Below are positions 25,065-43,099 of a stretch of 64,000 bases of DNA, piece after piece. Within the stretch, counting starts at the first letter, position 1, and every line of letters starts with the position of its first letter. Source of the stretch: Rhizophagus irregularis (lineage: Eukaryota); assembly GCF_026210795.1 (NCBI RefSeq), contig NC_089433.1, forward strand, positions 3,472,001 to 3,536,000, written 5' to 3'. Both the position numbers and the translations under genes were made by a program. The notes beneath the pieces were generated by a model that ran no database searches, was not told the DNA's origin, and saw only the letters and a list, made by a program, of their open reading frames with translations.

Positions 25065-27835
25065 TTAAAATTCCGCCGCTTTTTGTCGTTTAATTGGCTA
25101 TATAAATATCAGGTATAAAGTAAAATTAGAAATAGCAATTGTTTTTTTTTAAAAAAAAAACGACATAAAAAAGGTGATTAAATAATTTACCAATTTTCTA
25201 TCAATGATTTTTAATGTTCCATTCGGTAAGATCATTCCAATATCACTAGTATGAAGCCACCCTTCAGAATCAATTGCTTGAGCTGTTTGCTCTGGACGTT
25301 TATAATAACCTTTCATAACATTTGGTCCTCTTACACAAATCTATAATTATTTGATAAAACATATTTGATTATTGATACAATTAATCCGTAAAAAGCTATA
25401 TCATTTTGTTATATATGATACATACTTCTCCTCTGGGATTAGGTTTATCTTCAACAGTGTAACCTTTCTCCTCATAATTCACCAATTTGATTTCATTACA
25501 TGGAATCGGTCCACCAGTATGTGAATCACATCCTGATCGATCAGCTGGTTGATAATCAAAAAACGCATTAAATGTAACAGCACCGCTACACTGAGTAAGA
25601 CCATAAGCTTGAATAACTTGACATCCAACGGTTAAACGGAGGAAATCAAGTATAGTTTGAGAAATTGGTCCTATCACAATAAAATGTGTGTAATGAGTTT
25701 TTCATCACGTTAAAATCAATATTATTTCCTTAAAAAAAAATAATAAATTTAATATATTACCAGCTCCAGTAACAATAACTCGAACTTGACCTCCAAATTT
25801 TTCCTTGATCTTATTAAATACCAACATATCCCAAAGTGAATTTGTAACCAACTTTCCTTTTCTTAGATGTTTTAATTTAAATGCATATCCTCTCTCAAAA
25901 AGAAATTGATTTCCATATTCTTGTCTAATAGTTTCATGAAATCGAATCAAAAATCGGGGTGTACTAAAAGAGGCGAAAAAAACGAAGATTAGAATCTTAA
26001 AAAAAAAAGAATTAAAAAAAAAGAATAAATATTCAAACCTGGTAAAAATGGTAGGTTTAACTTCTTCGGCTTCTTTTAATACAGTAGATGATTTTCCACT
26101 ATAAAATGCAATTGATGCTCCGGAATATAAAAGAGCAAGAACTGTGATCCTTTCGAACATGTAAGCTAAAATATAAATATAAAATCATGTGAAGGTAAAT
26201 AGGATTGCAAGAAGTAATAAAAACTACTCAAATTAATTCTTACCAAGTGGTAAATATGATAAATGCTTATCGGAGGGAATGATTTTTTGTGCATTTGGAA
26301 TTGTCGAGAGGATTCCGGCTAATTAAGAAAATTGTTAAAAAAATTTTTTGTAAAGTACACTTCTTGTAGTATAACTTGTGTTGACTTACCAACATCTGCA
26401 ACGATATTCTATCATTCAATGTCAAAAGTTAATAAAATTTCCATAGACTATTCATTAAACAACAAATTAACTAACTTACTTCTTGTGTCAATTCAATTCC
26501 AATCGGTTCCTATTAAAGAAATAAAAGGAAAGGATCATTAGCTTAACCTTTAAAAAAATAAATTAATTATATTATTTTTACATACGCCTGATGTAGTCCC
26601 ACTCGAAAATACAATAGTTGCAGTTTCTCCAGGTTCTGTTGATAATAATAAGAAAGTTAAAGTAAGTTGTATTCAAGTCAATTGTATCATCAAATATATA
26701 TCATGAACAAGGTGAAAAACTTATTATTCTACCAGCTACAACGAATTCCAATTTAGATTGAGAGCCTAATTCTTCAACTTCTTTGAATCTTGTCAAAATT
26801 AAATTCAAAGCTTTGGCCTTTTCGCTTTGATCAGATGAAATTGAAGACTCCGTCAATATGACATGTTTTAATGATGCACAAGATGGCGCGGCACTGAAAA
26901 TAATTGGAAGCGTATCATTGGATACCACTATAACTCCGATTTGTGTAAGGTTTATTTGGCTGATAATGTCATTCAAACGAAGAGGAATACTTGGTATAGC
27001 TACTGTAATTAAACTATAATGACTGGCAACTTTTCATCGTTTAAAAAAGAAAATTCATTATTAATTCACGAATAAACATTTCATTAAATGATTCTTAGAG
27101 TCATATAAAAAGTTATTATATTTACCCAAATCTGCAATCACCCATTCTTTATAAACAAATATATATATATATATATTAAAATATTATTTTTATGGTTCAG
27201 AGGTTTTAATGAATAAAGAAAAATCACTTTCGGTAAAATACCTGGTCGACTATTCATGAAAATCCCAAACATACTCGATGATTTAGGTGTCAATTCTGTG
27301 GATTTTATCAATCCTGTTCCAAAATTTACAACTCTTTCGGCAACTTGTTCTAAAATTTAATACAAATATAAAATTTTATTTTATTTTTAATTAAAACATT
27401 ATTTACTTTCATAATTTGTTACTTACGATATGATTCCTAAAATATTTAATTTTAAAACATTGGATAATGAATTAATTTTTAATTTATTATTTATCATAAT
27501 TTTATTTTAATAAATATGTTATAAATATATATTACCCAATGAAACCCATTAGTATCCTTGAAACCAAGACAGTCCGTTCCAAGTTTTTTTCCATTTTCGA
27601 ATAAATCAGAAATAATTTTTATACTTTTGTCAGGACTTGTCATTAAAGGCATGCCATGAGCAGAACTACTTGCTCTGTAGATAGCAGTCTCACCAGGGTT
27701 TCGAACTTTAGCACAGTCAGACTGTGAAGTTAATAATAAAGGATGTACATCGGGATTTGGAGCATCACGAATTGAAAGAAATGTAAAAAATATGATTAAA
27801 ACCAACAAAATAACAGATAAAGTATCAATTTCCAT
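25065..27835 (-). CDS. Long-chain acyl-CoA synthetase-like protein (AMP-binding family) with N-terminal TM; lacks the C-terminal subdomain
   Basis: Multi-exon. Motifs ATIVFSSGTTSGEPIG, SYLPLAYMFER, QAYGLTQ, PRGEICVRGPNVMKGYY, GWLHTSDIG and IIDRKL, then a short last exon PIKRQKAAEF*. Confidence 0.85.
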
Positions 27836-28260
27836 GATTTCTTTTTAGTATATTTATTACAGATCAAAAAAAAAAGAAAGAAACGAAGAGAATTATAAGA
27901 ATTTATCATACAGGAAAGATTTTCACAAAACTTATAAATTTAATGTTGTACGACGATCCAAAACTTAAATGTTTCCTGGTGTACCAACTGCAGCGTTGCT
28001 AATTATTATAATTCTCATTCAGGCAGAAAATCATGATCAAATTCCTATAACCAATAACAAGTTGCAACATTTCATGACCGGAAAAATTCCGGTGTAACAT
28101 TACCGAGTCGATTTTTTTTTATAAATAAAATCTAAATATTATTTAATTTAAAAATGTTTATAAAATTTACAATTACTTTTTTACTTATTATAATATACAA
28201 TTCGCTCGAAATTTTCTAATTACCAACACTAATATACTTAAACCGTTAAATAGTAATAAA

Positions 28261-32267
<4,007 letters not shown>

Positions 32268-32947
32268 CTTTTTTATGAACCTATTAATTGCAAATTCTTG
32301 CTAATAAAAGATATTCCATATTTTATGTTACACGATCAGCGGATCCTCGTAAGATTAATATCGAGCCCTAAGTAAGTAATAAATCAAATAAATTATTCTT
32401 TTTTTTTTTTAAAAAAAAAAAATTGAATATATGTCAATAGATTATTTAATAACCTTGGGTCGATAAGTGTACGATTGTTATTTTGAGCCGTTAATTTTGT
32501 TAGATGTTCTATCAACTACAGTACGATTTAAACGCACAAATTAAATTATGAAATCTACCTTAATTCGAGCCGATAAAACCAAATCATGTGGCTTAAATGC
32601 TGAATAATACAAATAATACATATTGGCTTAGTTGTTTATTTGATCGGCGCTTTTAATCATATAATGGCTATAATTAGAAATTTCATAGAAATGTAATGGT
32701 AACAGCAGAAAGTACTATAGTATCTACTATATTATAATTTTGCCAATTTTGGTATATTGATAAATCACATTTGTGGCTAATATAAATAAAATAAAATTAA
32801 TTAACAGAAATTCTTTTGAAAGTAAAATTTGTTGTCTTCGAGTCTTCGAGTTTGAGAAGCGAAGGTTTTTTTCTTACTAATTTCTTCGAATTATTTACAA
32901 CTAAGCCCTTATTATATAATTTTATAATCACAAACATTTTATAATTA

Positions 32948-32980
32948 TTGGCTTAGTGGTGGCTTAGTGGTGGCTTAGTC
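32948..32980. promoter_or_regulatory. Tandem 11-bp TGGCTTAGTGG repeats in the CLC/DPP divergent promoter
   Basis: tggcttagtgg tggcttagtgg tggcttagtcg; further TGGCTTA/CTAAGCC copies near 32589, 32625 and 32901. Confidence 0.35.
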
Positions 32981-33098
32981 GCTTTTTTACAATACAACCG
33001 TTAATACATGTAATAGTCGGTTCTTCGTGAATAAGACGACGTTGACTGTTCATGAAGGATATTACAAAGGGAAAAGTTTAATTTCTTAAGTAGCAAAG

Positions 33099-36000
33099 AT
33101 GAGCTTTATGAAATATATATCGTTACCTTCCAAGGAAACAGAACATGATCCACGATTATCTTCTGTGAATGAGACTGGGGATCCTCTAGATTCCCCAAAC
33201 AGCGACAATGGATTCGGTCACAAAAATAGTGAGGAAGAACAAGAAACAATGCTTAATAAAGAAAGAGGGGAAGACGATACTGTACTTGACATGGAAGAAA
33301 ATATAGACAGTATGGAATATGGCAAACAAGATGTGAGTTTATTTTTCTCAAGAAAAAAAAAAGATTTATATCCAGAATTAAATTACTAATTTTATGTTGA
33401 TCAATTCGTAGAAAATCGATAGATCAATTTTACCGTGTTTATGTATTGCTGGAATATTTGTATTCGCCTGGGTTGCCTCGGCCATAATTTATGGATTTTA
33501 TAGGACAGGTCATATGTCTGGAACTGGTAGCCTTGCTAGCCGAATACAGTTTGATGATTTATATAACGGTAGTTTTATTCCTGAATATCAGAAGTTGGAA
33601 TGGATTAAGACGGATGATGGTATGTTGGTTCAATTCAGAATTTTTAATTATTCAATTTAAAAACACATGTATGTTTACAATTGAACCAATTTTTTTTAGA
33701 TGTTGATGGTGCTTTCATATATCGAGATCATGATGATAGTATAATAGTCAAGTATGTCGCAGATGATAAAAAGAAGATTTTGGTCAACGGGAAGGACATT
33801 GTCGATGTTAGTATTTAGGACATATACACTTTAATTAATTGTCAGATGAGAGTACTTAACTATATTGTCACATTTTTTAGCCAAATGGTAAACATCTTCA
33901 TTATAATGATTTTGTTGTATCGCCGGATTCAGAATATGTTTTGCTTACTACTAACAGAACGAAGGTATTGAATATGAAAAAAAATTTTTATTATTATGGC
34001 AGAAAATGACGTCACATTAATTAATATACATTCTCCTCTTTAAGCAATGGAGATTTTCACACTTTTCAAATTATTGGATATTCAACATAACATCGCGTTC
34101 AACTTTCCCTCTTACAAATCCCATTGACAAAGATCATCAAGCGGTAATAGCGCATGCTCAATGGAGTCCTGTTGGTCACACTGTGGTATGGTTATATTTG
34201 TAAATCATTCACGTTTATCTTATTTTAAGATTACTTAAATTCTGATTATTCTATAGGCCTTTATCAAAGACAATGACATGTATGTATCAGTAAATTTAGT
34301 AGATGAAAGACGTCTTACATTTGATGGTTCAGCTGTCATTTTTAATGGTATGCCAGATTGGATTTATGAAGGTATTTATTTTCGAATTCAATTAATATAT
34401 TTATTGAGTATAAAAATTAAGTAATCTTTAAATGTCCGTATTATAGAGGAGGTTCTTAAGACAGATAATGCAATTTGGTGGTCTAACGGAGGAAAACGTA
34501 TTGGTTATCTTCGATTAAATGAATCAGAAGTTCCCGAGTACGAATTCCCCATTTATCTGACTCATTTTAATGCTACACCCTATCCTAAGGAGGTTGTCAT
34601 GAGATATCCTAAACCTGGGTATCCAAACCCGATCGCAACTTTTCATGTCTATGATTTGGAAACTCCATTAGCCTCACAATTTGGCGCCATTACTTTTGAA
34701 GACGATTTTTCAGACGATGAAAGAATAATAACAGAAGTTATGTGGGCTGGGGACGATACTGTTTTAGTAAGAGTCATGAATCGCGTTCAAGACATCTCAA
34801 GGATAGTTCTTGTTAATGTAAATACCCGTAAAGGAAAAACTGTACGCGAAGAAGATGCTGATAAAATGGATGGTGGATGGTATGAAATAGTAAGTTTATT
34901 TGTTATTTATTTTCAATATAATAAGAAAATTTTTCTTGGCATTCATATTAAAGGACATATTTATATTATAATACTTTAATTATGTAGAATAGGAGTATGT
35001 TTTACGTGAAAAAGTCGGGTAGTCTCGAACAGGATGGTTATGTTGATATTGTGGTTAATAACGGATATGATCATCTCGCCCTATTTTCGCCTGTTGATTC
35101 AAATACGCCTAAGTTTCTCACTAGTGGAGAATGGGAGGTTGATGGTAGAATACAAGCGGTTGATTATGAACGAGAATTGATGTAAGAGCCTTGCATGATT
35201 TTTAAAGGGCTTGAAATAAGAGTAATTTAAGATTTAACGTTATAACTTTTTCTTTTATTTTTCAGATATTATATCAGCACGGAAAAGTCTTCTATAGAAA
35301 GACATCTATATTCCGTAGATTTTAATGGGAAAAATAGAACAGCATTAACAGACATCAATAATGAAGGATTTTATTCGGTTAGTTTTTCACCAGGTGCTCA
35401 ATATTATAATTTAAATTATGAAGGTCCTGATATTCCCTGGCAAAAAGTATTAAAAATTGGAGACCCTAGTAAGTTCAATAAAAATAATAATAATAAATTT
35501 TTTGTTAAATTTTGCGGTTAATCGTGGTTATATGTTTTAGATTTTGCATTGGTTTTACATGAGAATGATGGCCTCAGAAAACTTATGGGATCCCTCGAAA
35601 CTCCCACAAGAAGACATCTAACGATTGAAAGTGACGGAAACAGTAAGTTTTATTTTTCAAGTATTAGATTATATGGAGTAATAATTTTGACTTATGTATT
35701 TTGCCAATTAGTTCTCAATGTTGTCGAAATAAGACCACCTGGAATGGATGAAAGCGGAAAAACAAAATATCCAGTATTATTCAATGTTTATGGAGGTCCA
35801 AATTCCCAGCTCGTTCAAACAAGATTCAAAATTGATTGGCATGTGTTTTTAGCTTCATCAGAACGATTAAAATATATTACAGTAATAGTAGATACACGCG
35901 GTACAGGGTTTAAGGGAAGAAAATTTAGATGTGGTGTTAGGAAACATATAGGTGATTTTGAATCAAAGGATGTAGTTAATGCTGGACGTTATTGGTCAAA

Positions 36001-36816
36001 ATTACCTTATGTTGATTCAAATAAAATGGCAGTTTGGGGCTGGTCATATGGAGGGTTTTTAACTACAAAAGTTATTGAATTAGATTCTAGAGTCTTTCAA
36101 GTTGGAATGGCCGTTGCACCCGTTACCGATTGGAGGTAAAAATCGAAATTTTTAAAAATTATAATTTTTGTGCAATACTTACTTATTTTTTATTTTTTAT
36201 AGATACTATGATTCCATTTATACTGAACGTTATATGAAGACACCGGCACAAAATCCAAATGGCTATGAACATAGTGCTATTACTAATATGACAGGTTTCG
36301 ATAATGCCAAATTTTTGCTCGTGCATGGAACTGGTGATGGTAAAGAATGAATTTTTTTTTATACAATGTGATTGAATTTTTGATCAACAAGTCATTCGTT
36401 TTATTAATATAATAATCTTTTTCGTTTTTATCAATTTAAAATTTTTAAAATAGACAATGGTTAAGTATAATGAATATTTTCTTATCATAAAAATTTTTTT
36501 GGTCTTTACACTTAAAATATTAATATATATATGTATATGTTTTTATAGTTCACTTCCAAAATACCGCTAATTTAATTGATAGGTTAACACTTGCTTCGGT
36601 CCATAATTATCGTGTACAATTCTATACCGATAGTAATCATAATATTGATTTACACAATGCTAATAGAGAAGTACGAATTTTTCATCCTTTTACTATTTTT
36701 ATTATTTTGATTATTATATATTAATATTTGTAATTTAATGGTTTTTGTAGCTTTATTATTTACTTACGGAATACCTTTGGCAGAGTTTTGGAACTGGAGG
36801 AAAAAATGAAAATTAA
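33099..36816 (+). CDS. DAP2: Dipeptidyl aminopeptidase (DPP IV, S9B; Dap2/Ste13-like), type II membrane protein
   Basis: Multi-exon. DWIYEEEV, RYPKPG, VYGGP, GWSYGG nucleophile motif, HGTGDDNVHFQ (completed via a microexon) and DSNH. Confidence 0.93.
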
Positions 36817-39800
36817 AATATTTCTGTAAATACCTTTGCATTGTAATTTATTTGTCCCTTATTTGTATCACAAAATTAGGTATTTTTCTCAATTTTAAAA
36901 AAGTATGTACATTTTAAAGGTGAACATTTTACACGTGGGTGGGTTACTTGTTCGCGGTTTTCATTTACTCGACAAACTTTAAAAATAATGAAAATGTTTA
37001 CTTGTTTTAACACGCATTTTTTATATATAATCAAAAATAAATTATTATTTTAGTAATAACTCAGAGCTAGATTAGACAGCATTAATAAAAAAATTATCAT
37101 ATATTATGTTTCCTGGGTTAATAATTGTATTTTCACGTGTATTTTATTTCATGCGTGTTTCCATTCTTTTAACCATGGGGGAGATCATTGTTAATTGTTC
37201 CAGATATTATTTTGGCGGTAAACTTTAATAATATTGTATCGTGAGAAAGTAATTGTTTTGAATATCTTTCAACAATGAACAGTTATAAATGATTTGAATG
37301 TACGCCATTGAAAGTTACAATGACTCACACACAAACAGTATAAAAATATACACATAACGCACATAACGTTTTTTTTTCCAGATTCTTTTCTCAATTTTTT
37401 CAATTTATAATCAGTACATGAATAACATAATAGTTTCAAGAATTTTTATTCGATATAGTATATCTCGTCTCTTGACCGAGCTTATTCCACATAATATATA
37501 ATATATATAATACATTGTGATTCTTTATTATGTAAAACGTGTCGTTAACCTATTTGATCAATCATATGGAAGCAAAAAATGAAAAGTTATATTATTTCAA
37601 CGAATCTTAACGAATTCAAAAGTGATTTCAAAAAATTTAAATCAATAACTGGAGAATGTTAAATATGAAGTCAAAAAATGAGCGGTGTCGAATCAAAAAT
37701 GATGAAATAGGTATAAAGATAACTAATATGGAATTAAAGATGAATGATATGAAATGGAGACTTAAATAACTAAAATAACTACCATATAAAAACACCACTT
37801 TTACTTTTACAACGTTGGCAGGGACGACGAGTCGACGACGACGACCTTGCTCAGAATCTTTGGCTGGGGCGTAAACCTAAAACTAAAGATATTATAAAAG
37901 GAACAACTAAATGTCTCAATGTCTTATTGTATGGTACTGTTTTTTTTGTATTCTTTACGAAACTTTTTTTAAACGCCAAATTTATTACACCAGATAATAT
38001 TCATCTTTTAATGTAATGTTGTAGTAATAATGTTTTATTACATAATTGAAATGTGCAATAATTAAAAAAATGTACTCATCGCCAATAGCGATGCACTCTG
38101 GTCAAAATTAATACATGTGACATTTAAAGTGGGGAGTGAAAAATAGAAAAAGAATATACATAGAGGAGTGTGACTGATTGACACGGGTGACAAAAAGAAG
38201 CACGCGATGAAGCCGATGAATAAATGACAACTTAAAAATTTATCGTCCAAAGATGCATATAAATATTTCACATTGATATTAATGATAAGAACCTTATTAT
38301 GGTCATAAAATCATTTTGTAGGTTATTATTAATTATAGATATTAACAATAAAAAAAAAAATTTATATATTCATCATTTTTTTAATTAAAAAAAAAGGAAA
38401 AAATGATTAATCCAAAAATCATTTCTTAATAAAGAATAAATCATAAATACAATAATTATTCCTGCGAAACGATAAAAGAAAAAAATGATAATAAACTTGA
38501 TTTTTTTTTTATTTTATTTTTGCTTATTCAACCACTTTTTTTCCCATTTGTTTACAGCAGGCACATTTGATACTTTGTGATTTTTACTCCTTTTTAAAAA
38601 AAAGTATAGATGCAAATATTTGTCGCATCATTATCATCCTTGGTTGATAAATTGATAAATAATAAATTTTTTTTTCCTTCTTTTCTATAAACGAACGAAA
38701 AATATTTTTTTCAAAATTCTACCCTAACCAACTTTTTTACAGGTTTTAGCTGGATTCTTCAAGGTTTTTTTTTAATTGTTTTATTTAATGCCAATACATT
38801 ATTTTAAATTTTAAGGAAATTGGGTATGTTGAATTTTATTTTCATTTTTTTTCATTTGCTCAAACTGTTCCTTTTCTTCTCTTTTGGACTTTCAAGATGG
38901 AAGGTATTCACTTTCTTCTTGTAGACTCCCTATGACTTCAATTTTGGCATTGAATATTTAAAATGAGTGAAGCTTACAATTTTTTTTTTAAAAAAAATAA
39001 AAATAATAATTTTTTTTATGGGATCCTTCAGGTTTTATTTTTCAACTGAGTTGGCAAGTTTCAAAATTGAGTATAACTTACGTAATTCTTTAGAAATGCT
39101 TACTAATGTTCTAATGTTCTGTTGGTTTCTTTTTTCTTTTTGTAGATTCAATTTTGGGCGCTTATAAAAAATTGAGATATGTTTTATCTGTCACTTTTTT
39201 TTTTGATAAAAAAAATAAATGACCTCAATTCAATTGATAAATCTGTTTTTTGAGATTTTCTTTTTTATTTTTCTTATCATTAACATTAAATTAATTTGTA
39301 ATTACCCGCTTTTTTAGCAGTATCACGTTTGAATTTTGTGTATTTTTCTCATTATTTGTTGCACCATTATCACTTTTGATAAAAAAGATAAATAAAAAAG
39401 AAATTGAAAGAAATTTTTTTTTCCTAATAAAGGAAACAAATAAAACTTTTCTTGAAAATAAAACACGAAAAAAATTATATATGTACAGTATATAATAATA
39501 ATAATGATGATGATGATGATGATAATATAAATGATTTTATTAATATTTTATTTTTTTTAAACGCTTTTTCTCTAGTACTTTTTCAATAATAAAAAATAAA
39601 TGCCCACTCAAATCTCTATTATTATATATATCAATCATATTTTCTTAATTATAAATTGTGCTTGGGGATGAAATTTCTCGTAAAACGAATATTCTTATAT
39701 AAGCGAGATAAAATATTGGTATGAAACTGGGGGTTTAACCGTTATTTTAAATTTGGAAGTACATTATATTGTAGAATGAAATGGATCGGCAATATGCATA

Positions 39801-39899
39801 ATTATGGAATTCTTTGTACGGTGAAATAAAATTTAAAACGTTGAAAAAAAAAATAACAAAGAAATAATAAATATTTCTCTCTTGTAGCTTAATTATAAA

Positions 39900-42193
39900 A
39901 TGACTTCAGTAAAAGGATGGATTAAGAAAAAGATAAGGAATGGGTATATTCGCTATTTTGAATATGATGAATTTAAAAAAATTGGCGAAATTGGTAGTGG
40001 AAGTTTCGGTAAAGTGATTAAAGCAAATTTGGATAATACGGGATTGGTCGCACTAAAAATTATAATTAATAAAAATTCAGATGAACTTGATGAGGTTAAT
40101 AAAGAGCTTATCAAGGAGGTAGAAATTGTTCTTTTTATGTTTTACAGTATATTAGCTTGATAATATACATATAAATAATTAATTTTCGGTTTACCATTTA
40201 GTTAAAGCTCCTTCGTGAGGTTGATTATCATCCAAAAATCAATCGCTGTCTAGGAATAACAAAAGGTTTATGTTAAAAAAAATTTTTTTTAAATAACTTT
40301 ACTTAAACAGTTCAATCTAACTTATTTATATTTAAATTAATAGATTCTGAGAATTATATTTTGGTGTTGGAATATGCCAATGGAGGAAATTTAAGAAAAT
40401 ATTTGGAAAAAAATTTTACTTCTTTGAAATGGGAAGATAAAATTCAAATGGCATTGGATATTACTAGTGGATTGAAATTTTTACATTCCAAAGGAATAAT
40501 TCATAGAGACTTGGTAAAGGAATATTTATTTATAGTATTTTGTTTATGATTTCGATGATAATTTTTAATAAATATTGTTCAATCATTTTGTAGCACTCAA
40601 AAAATATATTAGTGAATGATAAAAAATTATTAATTGCAGACCTTGGATTATCTAAAAAGCTAGCGGAAGCTACAACTCATACAAAACATAATGAACTTGA
40701 GGTACTTGCATATATTGAACCACAATGTTTTAAGGATATTAGGTATAAAAAAGATAAGAAATCCGATATTTATAGTTTAGGTGTTTTATTATGGGAAATT
40801 TCAAGTAAGGGACCTCCTTTTTCTGACTGTCCACGGAATTTACTTAGAGATCACATTAAAGATGGTAATAGAGAAAATCCAATTGAAGGTACACCTCCAA
40901 AATATCAAGAGCTTTATCAAAAATGTTGGGATGGTAAACCGGAATCAAGACCCGATATTGAAAAAGTACATGAAATTTTAAGTCAATTATCAATAAATAC
41001 TGTGGAATATTCCGAACCATCACAACCTTATATTTGCGATACTGCTAATATACGTACTGGTGGACATAGTGAATTGACTATTCCTTCTGGTAAGTTTAAT
41101 ATATTAATTATGTTAATTAGTAACAATGATTTTTATTAATATTTTTTTTGCACATTTTTTAATCAATAAGATGATAACAATTCGTCAGTTGTACAAAATA
41201 AAGAATTGTCAGGAAAAGTAAATACTGTACAACCTCAAATTACTAATGAAGAGCAAACTTCAGCTAGCAATTTAGCTGATCAGTTAAAACAAAATGAACT
41301 GATTAATCGGCAAGCTCAAATTAAAATTAGTCAATTAAATCAAGAAAAAAATAATTTGAAAGACCAATTAGCCCAAACAGAAGCTTATATTTATGAATTA
41401 AAATCTCAGCAGGAAAATATAATTAAACAAAAAAAGCCTATTAGAAAATGAATTAAGTCAATCCCAAATTATTTGTAAACAAATAAAAAATGAAAATCTT
41501 AAGTTAATAATGATTACCAAAACTTATTCTGAAAGATCTCAGATGGAAATTAGAAAACAGTTAAAAGAAAGTGAATTAGTTAACTTACAACAAAGAAATT
41601 CTCAAATTGAACAAGATTATCAAAATCTAAAGCTTACCTCAGCTGTACAAAATAGAGAATTTGCAGAAGTAGAAGAAAATACTTTACAGGCTCAAATTAC
41701 TCGTTCACAAAATGAAAAGCGTGCTTTAGCTTACAATCTAAATAAAGTGTTGAAACAAAATGAACTGATTAATCAGCAAGTTAAAATTCTAATCAATCAG
41801 TTAAAACAAAAAAGAAAGAATTTACAAGATAAATTAGCCCAAACAGAAGCTTATATTCAAAAATTAAAATCTCAGCAAGTAAGTTTAATTAAACAAAAAG
41901 AGCGATTAGAAAATGAATTAAGTCAATTCCAAATTAATTATGGGCAGTTAACACAAGATAAAATTAATATGAGTAATATGATTGTAGGTTTTTCGCAAAA
42001 TCACAACTTTTTTACTAAATTGAAAGCCAAATTGGAAAAAATTACTCAATTGGAAAAAGAAATTGCTCAATTGGAACAAAAATTAATTAATGAAGAACAA
42101 ATCAAAATGAAATTAATCCAAAAGTTACAGAGTAAAGAAAATAGAATAAATGAATTAGAACAAAACCTAAATATTTTTCGTCATCATTTATAA
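39900..42193 (+). CDS. TKL-type protein kinase with long C-terminal coiled coil; a single +1 frameshift near 41430
   Basis: Exons at about 39900-40118, 40202-40265, 40344-40513, 40594-41089 and 41171-42193. GSGSFG, VALK, HRDL, DLG, YIEP and DIYSLG are present, followed by a Q/E/K/L-rich heptad tail. Confidence 0.82.
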
Positions 42194-43099
42194 TTTATAA
42201 TGTATCAATAAATTTGAAAATTGTATTTTTTTAATAATGTATTAAATGTATATCTTAATTATGTATTTTAATTACATAATAAATTTGTGCATAATTTATG
42301 ATTAAAAAAAAAATTCACGTTAAATTTATACATTATTAGATGGTGTACTTCCCAGATTATGATAAACAATTTTGCTCGAAATTACTTCAGTATTATCGCA
42401 CGGTTTATTTTCACTATCGTACAATATTGATATCAATAGTCGATAGCTTATTTGAGCATTGGTATTTATATTGGTTAACGTCACGTCGTCACGAAGTGAC
42501 ATTAACCAAAGATTTCAAGTTATGCATTCGGTAATTTAATAAGAACTAAACCGTTATCACTGTTCTCTTTATTTTAAGTCAAAATTTGCCATTGAATATC
42601 AAAGATAACAAATAAAATTTCTTACAGGTAATTCTGCAATTAAATTTTTACTAGTTCGATGAAATATTAGTTAAATACTAGTTAACTTACAAATCACCAT
42701 TTAAATAGTAGCACTACTGATTCGTTATAGTGTAGAACACGTTTCGTTTTCCGCTATCCTAATATTTAAAGAAAAAATAACAACATATTTTATACTGTTA
42801 ATGTGCGTAATTGAATGCAAAATTATAAGGTATTATCTGATTTTGCAAGTACAGCTAGTAAATTAAATAATTATATAAAAAAAGTGTTCATCCTCCGATA
42901 TAAAAATTAAAATTTTTTATATAATTATCTGATTCTATTATTAATATTATATCTAATCATATACTGTATCTCAAGTTACATTTTACCTAAACGATTTTTT
43001 TAAATTTAAATTAAAATTTATAACAAGAATATATATATCATTATCTTAGTTATCTTAGTTTCCAGTAATTCGAAATACTTCATAAGGAAAATCCGGAAC

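Noticed and set aside
41429..41436. A-AAA-AAG slippery heptamer as a programmed -1 frameshift
   Set aside because: Joining the two ORFs needs a +1 shift (loss of one base), not -1; a homopolymer error or mutation is simpler.
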